A stretch of DNA of 64,000 nucleotides from an uncultured Ruminococcus sp. GTDB taxonomy: Bacteria; Bacillota; Clostridia; Oscillospirales; Acutalibacteraceae. A program made the position numbers and the translations under genes. The notes beneath the pieces were generated by a model that ran no database searches, was not told where the DNA came from, and worked only from the letters and a program-made list of their open reading frames with translations. Of the stretch, positions 54,825-64,000 are shown in pieces (position 1 is the first letter of the stretch; each line of letters begins with the position of its first letter). Location of the stretch: assembly GCA_964472865.1 (NCBI GenBank), contig CAYYLP010000005.1, positions 2,640-66,639 of the forward strand, in the 5' to 3' direction.

Positions 54825-56855
54825 ATGGATAAAAACACCAATATACAATACCTAAAGGGTGTCGGTGAAAAACGTGCAAAGCTTTTAAGCAAGCTCGGAA
54901 TTTTCACCGTCGGAGACCTTTTGCATTATTATCCCCGTGAGTATACGGATTGGAGCAAAACGGTTTCGATAGCAGAGGCTCCGTTTGACGAGCCGTGCTG
55001 TATACGTGCCGTGGTTGACCACACGCCCAAGGGAGCTAAAATCAAAAATTCTATGACAATATACAAGACCGTCGCTACAGACGGTCAAAGTCTTATGAAT
55101 TTAACCTTTTTTAACAATAAATACACAGCAGAGTCACTTGTTGCGGGTGAAGAATATCTTTTTTACGGCAAGGTCGGAGGAAATTTTCATCGGCGTGAAA
55201 TGACCTCGCCGCTTGTTGAAAAAGCCTCCCTTGGCGGAAGAATACACCCGATTTACGCACTCACCGCAGGAATCAACTCCAAATATCTTGAAAAGCTTAT
55301 AAATCAGGCTTTTTCACTCAGAATTGATTTTTTTGAGGACTGTCTGCCGCAGCCCTTGCGTGACCGACTTTGCCTTGCGGAAATCAATGAAGCAATACAT
55401 CAGCTCCATATGCCGAAATCCATTGACCATATGTATGAGGCAAGGCGGCGAATGATATTTGAGGAGCTTTTTGTTTTCCAGCTCGGTCTTATGAAGCTAA
55501 AGGGCAACAGGCGTGAGGAAACTCCGATTTGCATAAAAGCCGACTATACCGAGGAATTTTGCCGTACCCTCCCCTTTGAACTTACGGGAGCCCAGAAAAG
55601 AGCCGTCAATGAAAGCATAAAGCAAATGACCTCGCAAACGACGATGAACAGGCTTTTGCAGGGTGACGTCGGCTCGGGCAAAACAGCCGTTGCCGCCGCA
55701 CTGCTTTATACCGTTATCAAAAACGGTTATCAATGCGCGTTTATGGCTCCCACAGAAATTCTCGCTCAGCAGCATTATGCAACCTGCTGCAAGCTTTTTG
55801 CCGACACACCGATAAGAACGGAGCTTTTGACCGGCTCGGTAACAGCAGCCTCCAAAAGCAAGATAAAGCAAAAGCTGCGTGACGGAGAAACAGACCTTAT
55901 CATCGGAACTCATGCACTCATTCAGGAGGATGTTGAATTCAAAGCACTCGGTCTTGTGATAACCGACGAGCAGCACCGCTTCGGCGTTAAGCACAGGGCA
56001 ATGCTCAGCAACAAGGGAGACCGACCTCACACTCTTGTTATGTCGGCAACTCCGATTCCCAGAACACTTGCCCTTATGGTATACGGTGACCTTGATGTTT
56101 CTGTTTTGGATGAGCTTCCTCCGGGTCGTCAGCCGATAGAAACCTACTGCGTTTCGGGCAAATTGAGAGAGCGTGCTTTCGGATATGTTAAAAAACACCT
56201 TGATGAGGGTAGACAGGGCTATATCGTCTGTCCGCTTGTAGAGGAAAGCGACAATTCCGATATTGCCGCAGCAGAAAGCTATGCGGAAAATCTCTCCAAG
56301 GGCTTCTTTGACGGCTACAGCGTGGGACTTCTTCACGGAAAAATGAAGCCAAAACAAAAGGAGGACGTTATGTCCCGATTTGTTGGCGGAGAAATTGATT
56401 TGCTTGTTTCAACAACAGTTATTGAGGTCGGTGTCGATGTGCCAAACGCCGTAATAATGGTTATTGAAAATGCCGAACGCTTCGGACTTTCGCAGCTTCA
56501 CCAGCTCAGGGGTCGAATCGGCAGAGGCAAGCACAAATCAACCTGTATTTTGATAACCGACGCACAGGGTGAAAACACAAAAAGAAGAATGAATATAATG
56601 AAAAGCACAGTGGACGGTTTTAAAATAGCAGATGAAGACCTCAAAATGAGAGGTCCCGGTGACTTTTTCGGTGCCCGTCAGCACGGTCTGCCCAACCTAA
56701 AAATGGCATCGCTGACCGACTCCGAAATTTTGACCGAGTCCCACCGCTTTGCAAGGGAAACTCTTGAGCGTGACCCCGAGCTTTCCTTGCCGGAAAATAA
56801 AAATCTTAACGCCGCAATTTTTGAGCTTTTCAACTCTGAATATGTTATGAATTAA
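54825..56855 (+). CDS. recG: ATP-dependent DNA helicase RecG
   Basis: Wedge domain plus SF2 helicase motifs GDVGSGKT, DEQHRFG, SATPIPRT, QLHQLRGRIGRG. ATG 54825 follows the upstream stop; the track start is 54807. Confidence 0.9.
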   Translation: MDKNTNIQYLKGVGEKRAKLLSKLGIFTVGDLLHYYPREYTDWSKTVSIAEAPFDEPCCIRAVVDHTPKGAKIKNSMTIYKTVATDGQSLMNLTFFNNKYTAESLVAGEEYLFYGKVGGNFHRREMTSPLVEKASLGGRIHPIYALTAGINSKYLEKLINQAFSLRIDFFEDCLPQPLRDRLCLAEINEAIHQLHMPKSIDHMYEARRRMIFEELFVFQLGLMKLKGNRREETPICIKADYTEEFCRTLPFELTGAQKRAVNESIKQMTSQTTMNRLLQGDVGSGKTAVAAALLYTVIKNGYQCAFMAPTEILAQQHYATCCKLFADTPIRTELLTGSVTAASKSKIKQKLRDGETDLIIGTHALIQEDVEFKALGLVITDEQHRFGVKHRAMLSNKGDRPHTLVMSATPIPRTLALMVYGDLDVSVLDELPPGRQPIETYCVSGKLRERAFGYVKKHLDEGRQGYIVCPLVEESDNSDIAAAESYAENLSKGFFDGYSVGLLHGKMKPKQKEDVMSRFVGGEIDLLVSTTVIEVGVDVPNAVIMVIENAERFGLSQLHQLRGRIGRGKHKSTCILITDAQGENTKRRMNIMKSTVDGFKIADEDLKMRGPGDFFGARQHGLPNLKMASLTDSEILTESHRFARETLERDPELSLPENKNLNAAIFELFNSEYVMN

Positions 56856-56861
56856 TATAAA

Positions 56862-56900
56862 AATCAGCCTCATCAAGCAAATGATGAAGCTGATTTTTTT
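56862..56900. terminator. Bidirectional terminator between recG and mgtE
   Basis: 14-bp stem (13 paired) AATCAGCCTCATCA / TGATGAAGCTGATT followed by T7. Confidence 0.75.
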
Positions 56901-58266
56901 ACACAAGCAAGCCGCTGTTTATAAAAAGCGTCGCAAAGCCGAAATAGATAAGCAAGGTCAAGGCATCGACTATTGTTGTTATCATCGGTCCCGCCATCAA
57001 TGCAGGGTCAAGGTGCAAAAGCTTTGCCAAAATCGGCAGCGCACAGCCGATAACCTTGGCAACAATAACCGCACAAACCATTGCAAGACAAACGACAATA
57101 AAGGTGTTGCTTGATGTATCGTTGTGTGTGACAAGCTTTATGAGCCACATTCTGCCGTAATTGACTATCGCAAGCGTAATACCGCAAAGCACGGCAACTC
57201 TGATTTCTTTCCAAAGGATTTTAAAGAAATCTCTTATATGGATATCACCGAGTGCAAGTCCTCTGATTACAAGCGTTGAAACCTGATTGCCGCAGTTTCC
57301 GCCCGTGTCCATAAGCATCGGAATAGCTGCGGTAAGTCCGGCTATCATAGAAAGCTTATCCTCAAAGCCCTCTATAATCTGCCCCGTAAAGGTTGCCGAA
57401 ACCATAAGAATAAGCAGCCAAATAATTCGGTTTTTGTAAAGAGTGAATATTCCTGTTTTGAGATATGACTCCTCCGAGGGCAAAAGCAAGGCCATCTTTT
57501 CAAAATCCTCGGTATTTTCATCCTCGATAACATCAACGATATCGTCAATCGTAATTATTCCGACAAGCCGTTCCTCCTTGTCAACAACCGGAATTGACAA
57601 AAGGTCATATTTTTTTGCCTTTGCCGCAACCTCCTCCTGGTCATCCGTCGTTGTTACAAAAATAAGCTGCTCATCGTCCTCCATAATCTCCCTGACAAGC
57701 TGCTCCTCGGGAGCCAAAATCAGCCTGCGCAGAGGAATTGTGCCCACAAGCTTGCGCTTTGAATCCATACAATAGCAGGTATAAATCGTTTCTTTGTCAA
57801 GTGCCGTTCGGCGTATCATTTCAATAGCCTGCTTAACCGTGTAGGTTTCGGGAAAGGAAACCATTTCAATCGTCATTATACTGCCCGCAGAATTTTCGGG
57901 ATATTGGAGGAACTTATTTATCAGCTTCCTTGTTTCGGGCTTGGTATGAGCCAAAACTCTTGTGACAATATTGGCGGGAACCTCCTCCAAAAAGTCAACC
58001 GCATCATCAAGGAACATATCCTCAATAAGAAATTCAAGCTCGGAATTTGTAATTGCTTCAACAATATTGCCCTGAATATCGCCTGAAAGATAAGAAAAAA
58101 CATCAGCCGAGGATGTCTTGGGCAACACTCTGAAAAGACGCACCTGATTTTCAGGGGTCATTTCCTCAATCAAGGAAGCAATATCGACGATGTTCATCTC
58201 GACGAGCATTTCCTTAATTGCGGAAAATTTGTTGTTGGCAAGCATTTTGCTGATGATTTCAACCAT
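56899..58266 (-). CDS. mgtE: Magnesium transporter MgtE
   Basis: N-domain, tandem CBS (LLSIPVVDKEERLVGIITIDDIVD) and a 5-TM C-terminal domain (PMLMDTGGNCGNQ). ATG 58266 is preferred over the GTG 58311 of the track. Confidence 0.9.
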   Translation of the reverse strand: MVEIISKMLANNKFSAIKEMLVEMNIVDIASLIEEMTPENQVRLFRVLPKTSSADVFSYLSGDIQGNIVEAITNSELEFLIEDMFLDDAVDFLEEVPANIVTRVLAHTKPETRKLINKFLQYPENSAGSIMTIEMVSFPETYTVKQAIEMIRRTALDKETIYTCYCMDSKRKLVGTIPLRRLILAPEEQLVREIMEDDEQLIFVTTTDDQEEVAAKAKKYDLLSIPVVDKEERLVGIITIDDIVDVIEDENTEDFEKMALLLPSEESYLKTGIFTLYKNRIIWLLILMVSATFTGQIIEGFEDKLSMIAGLTAAIPMLMDTGGNCGNQVSTLVIRGLALGDIHIRDFFKILWKEIRVAVLCGITLAIVNYGRMWLIKLVTHNDTSSNTFIVVCLAMVCAVIVAKVIGCALPILAKLLHLDPALMAGPMITTIVDALTLLIYFGFATLFINSGLLV

Positions 58267-58329
58267 AGTGTTCAATTTTAAAGCACCCCTTTCGGCACGA
58301 CGAAAAGTCACGCCGCAGATGCCTGTCTC

Positions 58330-58444
58330 AAATTATGTGAGCAGATAACCGCAACGCATTTTTGCCGCGCAAATCATTATTTTGTTCAAACTTCGTTGCC
58401 CGTAGCTACTGTCGCCGCTCACTTAATTTCACCTCACATAATTT
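58330..58444 (-). promoter_or_regulatory. Structured 5' leader of mgtE (class unassigned)
   Basis: 12-bp perfect inverted repeat AAATTATGTGAG (58330-58341) / CTCACATAATTT (58433-58444) enclosing 91 nt, between a TATAAA -10-like box and the mgtE start. Confidence 0.45.
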
Positions 58445-58628
58445 TTTGCAATTCCATTGAACTGACAAACATATTTTATACCCAATACATCGGAATTGTC
58501 AAGAGAAATACTGTTTTTTCTTTGAATTAAAAATTGAAATTCTTACCTTTAATTTGTTGACTTTATATTTAAATGTGCTACAATAATGTAGCAAAGATTT
58601 TTTACTTAAATTCATCAGGAGGACTGAA

Positions 58629-59996
58629 ATGAAAAAGCTCAAATTTTTATTCACACTGCTTCTGGGCAAGGGACTTATGCTCTTTTGCAACCTTTTTGCT
58701 AAGGGCAGAGGTACAAATATGCCCGGTGCCAAGGCAAACAAAATTATGCCTGATTTTATCGCACAATTTAAGGGACTTGACCCCGAAAAGGTAATTTTTA
58801 TCACGGGAACAAACGGAAAATCCACCGCAAACAATATGGTCGTTCACGCACTGAGACATTCCGGCAGAACGGTCTGCTCAAACCTTGAGGGTGCAAATAT
58901 GATCGGCGGTATCGCAACCGCTCTTATCCGAAATTCAACCTTTACAGGCAAAATGAAAACGGAATATTTTTCATTTGAAATTGACGAACGCTCACTTGCC
59001 GGAATTTACAAATATATTCCCGCCAAAAATGTTTGTATAACCAATCTTCAAAAGGATCAGGTTCAGCGTAACGGTGAGCCCGACTATATTGTGCAAAAAT
59101 TCCGCAAGGTTATCAATTCCGATATGACCCTTTTCCTCAACGACGGCGAGCCGAGAGCAAAGTCCTTTGAGGATTTTTCGGACAAGGTCTGCTATTACGG
59201 AGTTGACAGAACGCAGTATTCCTTTGTTAAGGACAAGTTCTACGACGTTACAATGCCCTGCCCAAAGTGCAACGACAAAATTTCCTTTGAATACTACAAT
59301 GTTGACAATGTCGGCAAATTCCATTGTGAGGGCTGCGACTTTTCATCCGAGAAAAAGGTTGATTTCTTCGCTCAAAACGTCGATTTCTCCGAATGCAGCT
59401 TTGATTGCAACGGCTACCGCTTTTCGGTAACGAACAAGGAGCCGTTCTATATTTTCAACTATGCTCTTTGTATCGCAGTATGTACAAAGCTCGGTATGAC
59501 CAACGAGGAGCTTCAAAAGAGCTTCTCCGATTTCAAAAATATCAGCGGACGTATGGAAATTCTCAAATATAAAACCAAAACTCTCAAATATATCCGCATC
59601 AAGCAGGAAAATCCCGAAACTCTCCAAACTGCACTTGATTATATTGCAAAGGACGAAAGCCCGAAAATTCTGCTTATGGGTCTGGAGGAGCTCAAGGATT
59701 TCTCCCCGTACTATACCAACACCTTCTATTCCTTCGACGTTGATTTTGAGTCGCTCAAAAAGAACAATATCAAGCATTATATCTGCTTCTCGGAGGCTGT
59801 TGCCTACGACACCGCGAACAGAATGATTTATGCAGGAATCGACAGGAACGATATATCTATTCTCCCGAACGACAGCGACGAGGCTATTCTTTCCGAGCTT
59901 GATAAATTCGATGTTGACAATGTTTATCTTATTACATGGCTCAAAAAATATCATGAACTCGAAAAATCCACCAAGCAATACGGAGGTAATGAATAA
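58629..59996 (+). CDS. murT: MurT-like Mur-ligase family protein (lipid II isoglutaminyl synthase ligase subunit family)
   Basis: GTNGKST P-loop, Cys4 ribbon CPKCNDK...CEGCDF, C-terminal DUF1727-like region, followed by a gatD-like gene with a 1-nt overlap. Confidence 0.75.
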   Translation: MKKLKFLFTLLLGKGLMLFCNLFAKGRGTNMPGAKANKIMPDFIAQFKGLDPEKVIFITGTNGKSTANNMVVHALRHSGRTVCSNLEGANMIGGIATALIRNSTFTGKMKTEYFSFEIDERSLAGIYKYIPAKNVCITNLQKDQVQRNGEPDYIVQKFRKVINSDMTLFLNDGEPRAKSFEDFSDKVCYYGVDRTQYSFVKDKFYDVTMPCPKCNDKISFEYYNVDNVGKFHCEGCDFSSEKKVDFFAQNVDFSECSFDCNGYRFSVTNKEPFYIFNYALCIAVCTKLGMTNEELQKSFSDFKNISGRMEILKYKTKTLKYIRIKQENPETLQTALDYIAKDESPKILLMGLEELKDFSPYYTNTFYSFDVDFESLKKNNIKHYICFSEAVAYDTANRMIYAGIDRNDISILPNDSDEAILSELDKFDVDNVYLITWLKKYHELEKSTKQYGGNE

Positions 59997-60742
59997 TGAA
60001 TACTCTGAATATCACATGGCTTTATCCCGATTTGCTTAATCTTCACGGCGACCGCGGAAATATTATGGCGTTTGAGCGTGTCGGAAAAGCGATGGGGCTT
60101 GATGTAAAAATCAACCGAATTGACACCTTCGCTCAGGAAATCGACTTTGAAAGCTCCGATATGATTTTTATGAACGTCGGTGAAATCAAGACGGCAGGCT
60201 CAATAGTTAAAAACATTCAAAAATTCGGCAACGCCATATATGACTTTGCAAACAGCAACAAGCCGATTATTGCGATCGGAACAAGCGGTATGGTGCTTAT
60301 CAAATCAACCAAGCGCTGCGACGGAACCGTGATTGAGGGTCTGGGACTTCTCGATGTCAACGGCGTTGAGCGTGAGGAAATTTACGGCGACGATTTGCAA
60401 ATTTCCCTTTGTGAGGATGAAAAGACGGAAATTATGGGTGTTCAAATCCACCTTGTTGATTTCTTCCTCAATGACCGCTCACAAGCCTTGGGCAAGGTAA
60501 TTTACGGTATGGGCAACAACGGCAAGGATAGGACAGAGGGTGCAAAAAACAAAAATGTTATCTTCACCAATGCGCTCGGTCCCGTGTTTGTTAAAAATCC
60601 GTGGTATACCGAAAAAATCATTAACGAGGCGCTCAAGGCAAAGGGCTGTGAGCCCTGCAAGCCCCTTGATGAAAGCTTCTTTGAGATTGAACGTAATTCG
60701 TTCAAAACAGTAAGACGCTTTATAGACCAAAAGACGGAGTAA
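59996..60742 (+). CDS. gatD: GatD-like CobB/CobQ-type glutamine amidotransferase-fold protein (canonical Cys/His apparently missing)
   Basis: LNITWLYPDLLNLHGDRGN and DGTVIEGLGLLD match the GatD family. The expected nucleophile elbow reads AIGTSGM and the expected HGP reads LGP. Confidence 0.65.
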   Translation: MNTLNITWLYPDLLNLHGDRGNIMAFERVGKAMGLDVKINRIDTFAQEIDFESSDMIFMNVGEIKTAGSIVKNIQKFGNAIYDFANSNKPIIAIGTSGMVLIKSTKRCDGTVIEGLGLLDVNGVEREEIYGDDLQISLCEDEKTEIMGVQIHLVDFFLNDRSQALGKVIYGMGNNGKDRTEGAKNKNVIFTNALGPVFVKNPWYTEKIINEALKAKGCEPCKPLDESFFEIERNSFKTVRRFIDQKTE

Positions 60743-60746
60743 AATT

Positions 60747-61781
60747 ATGTATCCTTGTATTGAGATCAGACCCGACGGTATTCTCCATAATCTCAAAATT
60801 CTCAAATCGACCTGTGCCGAGCACGGTATATCCCTCTCCCTTGTCACAAAGATGCTTGTAGGCTACGAGCCTTTGGTACGCTACCTTGTCAATGAGGGCG
60901 AAATTTCCGCAATTTGCGATTCGCGAGTTGAAAATTTTCGTGAATTTGTCGATATCAAAGCAGAAAAATGGCTCATCCGCTCCCCGATGCTTTCACAAAT
61001 TGAGGAAACCGTCAAGTTTACCGATGTCAGCCTCAACAGCGAGCTTAAAGTCATTCGTGCTTTAAACGACGAGGCGTGTCGTCAGCATAAGCATCACGGA
61101 ATTATTTTGATGTTTGAGTGCGGTGACCTTCGTGAGGGCTGCTATGAGACTGAGCTTACCGAAATTGTCGGTGAATGTCTGAAAATGCAAAGCGTTGAGC
61201 TTCTCGGAATAGGTACAAATCTTGGCTGCCTTAACGAGGTTCTACCGAGCGACAGGAATATGGCTCGTTTTGAGGAAGTCGTTAATTCCGTACAAGCACA
61301 TTTCGGAATCAAATTCCCGATTATTTCCGGCGGAGCTTCAAGCTCGGTCAAAATGCTTTTTGAAAACAGACTGCCTGCGATAATAAATAATATGCGTATG
61401 GGTGAGGCTGTTTTTCTCGGAAATATCCCCTGCTACGATATTCCGTTTGAAAATGCAAGGGAGGATAATTTTATCCTCAAGGCTGAAATAATCGAGGTTA
61501 AAGAAAAGCCGTCCGTTCCCGACGTTTTCCCCGAAGAAAGTGACCGTATGCTGAAACGAGCACTTGTTGCAATAGGAAAGCAGGATATTTATTTGCCCGG
61601 ACTTTCCTGCGTTGACGGGCGAATCAAGGTTCTCGGAGGAAGCAGTGACCACGTTGTTCTTGATATCGGTTCTTGCGGCGACGATTACTCACTCGGCTCG
61701 GTTGTTGAATTTAAGATGACCTACAACTGTCTGCTCAACGCAATGACCTCAAAATACGTCAAAAAAAATATTCTCAAATAA
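60747..61781 (+). CDS. Alanine/ornithine racemase-family PLP enzyme (COG3457-like)
   Basis: 344 aa. N-terminal YPCIEIRPDGILHNL...SLVTKML (candidate PLP Lys) barrel pattern. Starts 4 nt after the gatD stop. Confidence 0.6.
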   Translation: MYPCIEIRPDGILHNLKILKSTCAEHGISLSLVTKMLVGYEPLVRYLVNEGEISAICDSRVENFREFVDIKAEKWLIRSPMLSQIEETVKFTDVSLNSELKVIRALNDEACRQHKHHGIILMFECGDLREGCYETELTEIVGECLKMQSVELLGIGTNLGCLNEVLPSDRNMARFEEVVNSVQAHFGIKFPIISGGASSSVKMLFENRLPAIINNMRMGEAVFLGNIPCYDIPFENAREDNFILKAEIIEVKEKPSVPDVFPEESDRMLKRALVAIGKQDIYLPGLSCVDGRIKVLGGSSDHVVLDIGSCGDDYSLGSVVEFKMTYNCLLNAMTSKYVKKNILK

Positions 61782-61784
61782 AAA

Positions 61785-61826
61785 AGATGCGATTTTTGCC
61801 AAACACAGAAATCGCATCTCATTTTT
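61785..61826. terminator. Bidirectional terminator
   Basis: AGATGCGATTT / AAATCGCATCT 11-bp stem, A-run before and T-run after. Confidence 0.75.
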
Positions 61827-62586
61827 ATTTTTTTGCAACAAAGAAAAGTCTGGGCATTTGTAAAATCACATTCCCATCCATCTGCACAGGATAATTTTCT
61901 TCAATCATTTTAAGCAAATCGGAAATAAACTTCTCCCTCTCGTCACTACCGAGCATTTCGAGATACGGTCGAAGACCACTACCCTTGTACCACTCGATTA
62001 CCGCTATATGCGACGGAACAATGTGATAATATGTCGTTTCCCACATTTCTACACTTTTTGAGCATTGAGCAAGAATATCGTAGGTATCATCGGGCATTAA
62101 ATTATGGAAATTTTGTATTACCTTGAGCTTTTCCCACCTACCATGCGAAATCAGGTCATTCAGCATTTTATAAAACATGGCGGTTTGTACAAGCGGCATT
62201 TGAACAGCAAGCACGCCACCGTCATTCAGCCTTTGGACAAGCTTAGGCAAAAGCTCTGTGTGATTTGGAATCCAATGCAAGCAGGCGTTAGAAAAAATCA
62301 AATCAAATTTGTTAAAATTTTCCAAACCGTCCGGCACAAAGCATTTTTCAAATTTCAGTTGAGGGTAGCTCTCCCTTGCCGTTTCAAGCATATTTTCAGA
62401 GCTGTCAATTCCGAGTATTTCCGCCGACGGAAAATGCTCATACAACCGATTTGTGCTGTTTCCGGGTCCGCAACCGATATCGAGAACAGATTTCGGATTA
62501 ATGTCAATTCTGCTTATCAAGTCAACAGACGGCTGCGTTCTTTCCTTTTCAAATCTTTTATATTGTTTTGAGTTCCAATCACTCAT
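61825..62586 (-). CDS. SAM-dependent methyltransferase (trans-aconitate 2-methyltransferase Tam-like)
   Basis: WNSKQYKRFEKERTQPSVDL start and VLDIGCGPGNST motif I, 253 aa. Confidence 0.75.
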   Translation of the reverse strand: MSDWNSKQYKRFEKERTQPSVDLISRIDINPKSVLDIGCGPGNSTNRLYEHFPSAEILGIDSSENMLETARESYPQLKFEKCFVPDGLENFNKFDLIFSNACLHWIPNHTELLPKLVQRLNDGGVLAVQMPLVQTAMFYKMLNDLISHGRWEKLKVIQNFHNLMPDDTYDILAQCSKSVEMWETTYYHIVPSHIAVIEWYKGSGLRPYLEMLGSDEREKFISDLLKMIEENYPVQMDGNVILQMPRLFFVAKK

Positions 62587-62751
62587 AATCTCACCTCGTT
62601 TTGAACAGTATATATCGACATATAAAAAAAGTCAAGCGCCATCAGCCATCCCAATTAAATCAACATTAAAAATTTAAGAAATACGCTTGAAAAAGACACC
62701 CCAATGTAATATACTTGAATTGTAATATATATGTCAAAAGGAGCTGAAATA

Positions 62752-63018
62752 ATGCGTAGAACAAAGCGGCAGGGCAGTTTCTTCTTCTCACTTTTAATCA
62801 ATATTTTATTGAATCCAGAGGGATTTTTGCCAGCGATTGCCCTCATTTTTTTGCATTTTGTCCTCGGCTGGTCACTTTGGTGGGCAGCACTTGCGGCGGC
62901 TGTTTGGATTTTGTGGCTCATAATTCGTATGCTCCTGCTTGGCTGGGTCGTCAAGTGCGGCAACACACCCGATCCGCCAAAGGAAAACAAAAATCCGTAT
63001 TCCGCAAAGAATAAATAA
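62752..63018 (+). CDS. Small 2-TM membrane protein
   Basis: AAAGGAG RBS 8 nt before ATG 62752; two hydrophobic helices and a Lys/Pro-rich tail. The track start is 62731. Confidence 0.5.
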   Translation: MRRTKRQGSFFFSLLINILLNPEGFLPAIALIFLHFVLGWSLWWAALAAAVWILWLIIRMLLLGWVVKCGNTPDPPKENKNPYSAKNK

Positions 63019-63036
63019 TTACATCTTCTGATGCAG

Positions 63037-63075
63037 CTACTTCCCAAAATCAAAGAAATTGATTTTGGGAAGTAG
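63037..63075. other. Strong hairpin between convergent genes (no U-tract)
   Basis: Perfect 15-bp stem CTACTTCCCAAAATC / GATTTTGGGAAGTAG, 9-nt loop. Confidence 0.7.
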
Positions 63076-63092
63076 TGTTATAAAATATGTTT

Positions 63093-64000
63093 TTATTTAA
63101 TTATTCTAACCTTGATAACTCCGTCAAGAGCTTCAAGTGCAGCTGCATCAGTCTCTTTATCGGCAACGCTGTAGCCGTATGCCCCTCTGACAGCGCACTT
63201 GGCATCATCACCCAACAGAGCCTTGACCTGCTCGGCAACATCAGCCTTATGGATAACGCAGGTTCTCGCACCGCTTACCCTGTCAAGCGGCATTGAGGGC
63301 ATATTTACGGAATTAACAATTTCGCCCTTTTCAATGTAAGCAATAAGCTCATCCGCCGCCATAATCGCACAGTTGTCCTCGCTTTCGGGTGTGGAAGCAC
63401 CGAGGTGCGGAATTGCAATTATTCCGTCAACGCCGATAACATCGTCCGATGGGAAATCGGTCACATATGCCGCCACCTTTCCGCTTTCAAGTGCGTCGAT
63501 TACATCGGCATTGTTAACAAGTCCGCCTCTTGCAAAATTAAGGATTCGTACGCCGTCCTTACAAAGTGCAAGTGTATCCTTATTGAAGGTATCCTTGGTT
63601 GAGTCATTGAGAGGAACGTGAATTGTAATATAATCGCTCTTTTTGAAAATATCGTTGATATCCTCAACAATTTCCGTTCCTGCCGGAAGTGCTGCTTTTA
63701 CAGCCTCGGAAGCGAACGGATCATAACCTACGATTTTCATTCCGAGCGCATCTGCTGCCTGAGCCACCTTGAAGCCAATTGCACCAAGACCCATAATGCC
63801 GAGCGTTTTGCCCATAATTTCCGGTCCCGCAAACTGCGACTTACCTTTTTCAACCAGCTTACCGACGGCTTCACCCTCACCTTTAAGAGCCTTGCACCAG
63901 TCATAGGCTGCCGTAACACGTCTTGAAGCGAGCAAAAGTCCGCAAACAACCAACTCTTTAACAGCGTTAGCATTTGCACCGGGTGTATTGAAAACAACGA
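63093..64000 (-). CDS. serA: D-3-phosphoglycerate dehydrogenase (2-hydroxyacid dehydrogenase family), N-terminus beyond the window
   Basis: GKTLGIMGLGAIGFKVA NAD-binding motif, NFARGGLV, HLGASTPE, C-terminal ACT-like tail. The reading frame stays open to position 64000. Confidence 0.8.
   Translation of the reverse strand, partial: VVFNTPGANANAVKELVVCGLLLASRRVTAAYDWCKALKGEGEAVGKLVEKGKSQFAGPEIMGKTLGIMGLGAIGFKVAQAADALGMKIVGYDPFASEAVKAALPAGTEIVEDINDIFKKSDYITIHVPLNDSTKDTFNKDTLALCKDGVRILNFARGGLVNNADVIDALESGKVAAYVTDFPSDDVIGVDGIIAIPHLGASTPESEDNCAIMAADELIAYIEKGEIVNSVNMPSMPLDRVSGARTCVIHKADVAEQVKALLGDDAKCAVRGAYGYSVADKETDAAALEALDGVIKVRIIK

Noticed and set aside
55497-56357. 286-aa antisense ORF inside recG.
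   Set aside because: It is a shadow ORF opposite the helicase motifs.
58267-58500. Annotating the mgtE leader as an M-box riboswitch.
   Set aside because: It is shorter than expected, and by eye I could not find the conserved M-box blocks. It is kept as an unassigned structured leader pending a covariance-model search.
59343-59978. 211-aa antisense ORF inside murT.
   Set aside because: It is a shadow ORF opposite a Mur-ligase family gene.
62655-63053. 132-aa minus-strand ORF opposite the small membrane protein gene.
   Set aside because: It extends into the 15-bp hairpin and has no RBS. The plus-strand ORF has a good RBS and clear TM helices.

Overview
This 64-kb chromosomal window reads like a spore-forming Clostridia (Firmicutes) genome. 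It carries spoIIAA-spoIIAB-sigF, two T-box leaders, FMN and Mn2+ riboswitches and a darA-holB-ricT cluster. Hand counts on single 60-nt lines give about 50% GC. I support about 60 protein genes, one tRNA, several riboswitch or leader elements, and many rho-independent terminators and consensus sigma-A promoters. Most of the content is housekeeping: asnS/asnA, valS, folC, recG, nrdR, serA, citrate synthase, copAZ, the metal transporters corA/mntP/mgtE/CDF, ribU, murT/gatD, and surface or secreted proteins. The stand-out is a low-GC (about 35-40%) insertion of roughly 5.5 kb (about 30270-35816), directly 3' of a stand-alone tRNA-Pro(GGG). It has no integrase or transposase. It encodes a small CX5R Cys-phosphatase-like protein, transcribed divergently from three other genes. 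Those are a protein with a C-terminal HEPN-like RNase motif (RNPSAH), a 901-aa fused double HTH-WYL-WCX (PafB/PafC-like) protein, and a translationally coupled HD phosphohydrolase. Both edges of the island carry dense GT(T/G)TCA repeat arrays. I regard it as a candidate undescribed RNA-targeting defence or RNA damage-repair module. Secondary oddities: a GatD-like partner of MurT that appears to lack the canonical Cys/His and is coupled to a racemase-family gene; a structured mgtE leader that I cannot match to an M-box; a consensus promoter whose transcript would start with a perfect 5' hairpin upstream of the Mn riboswitch; and an unannotated 47-aa ORF in a coupled membrane operon. All functional calls come from motif recognition by eye. 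No database or profile search was run.
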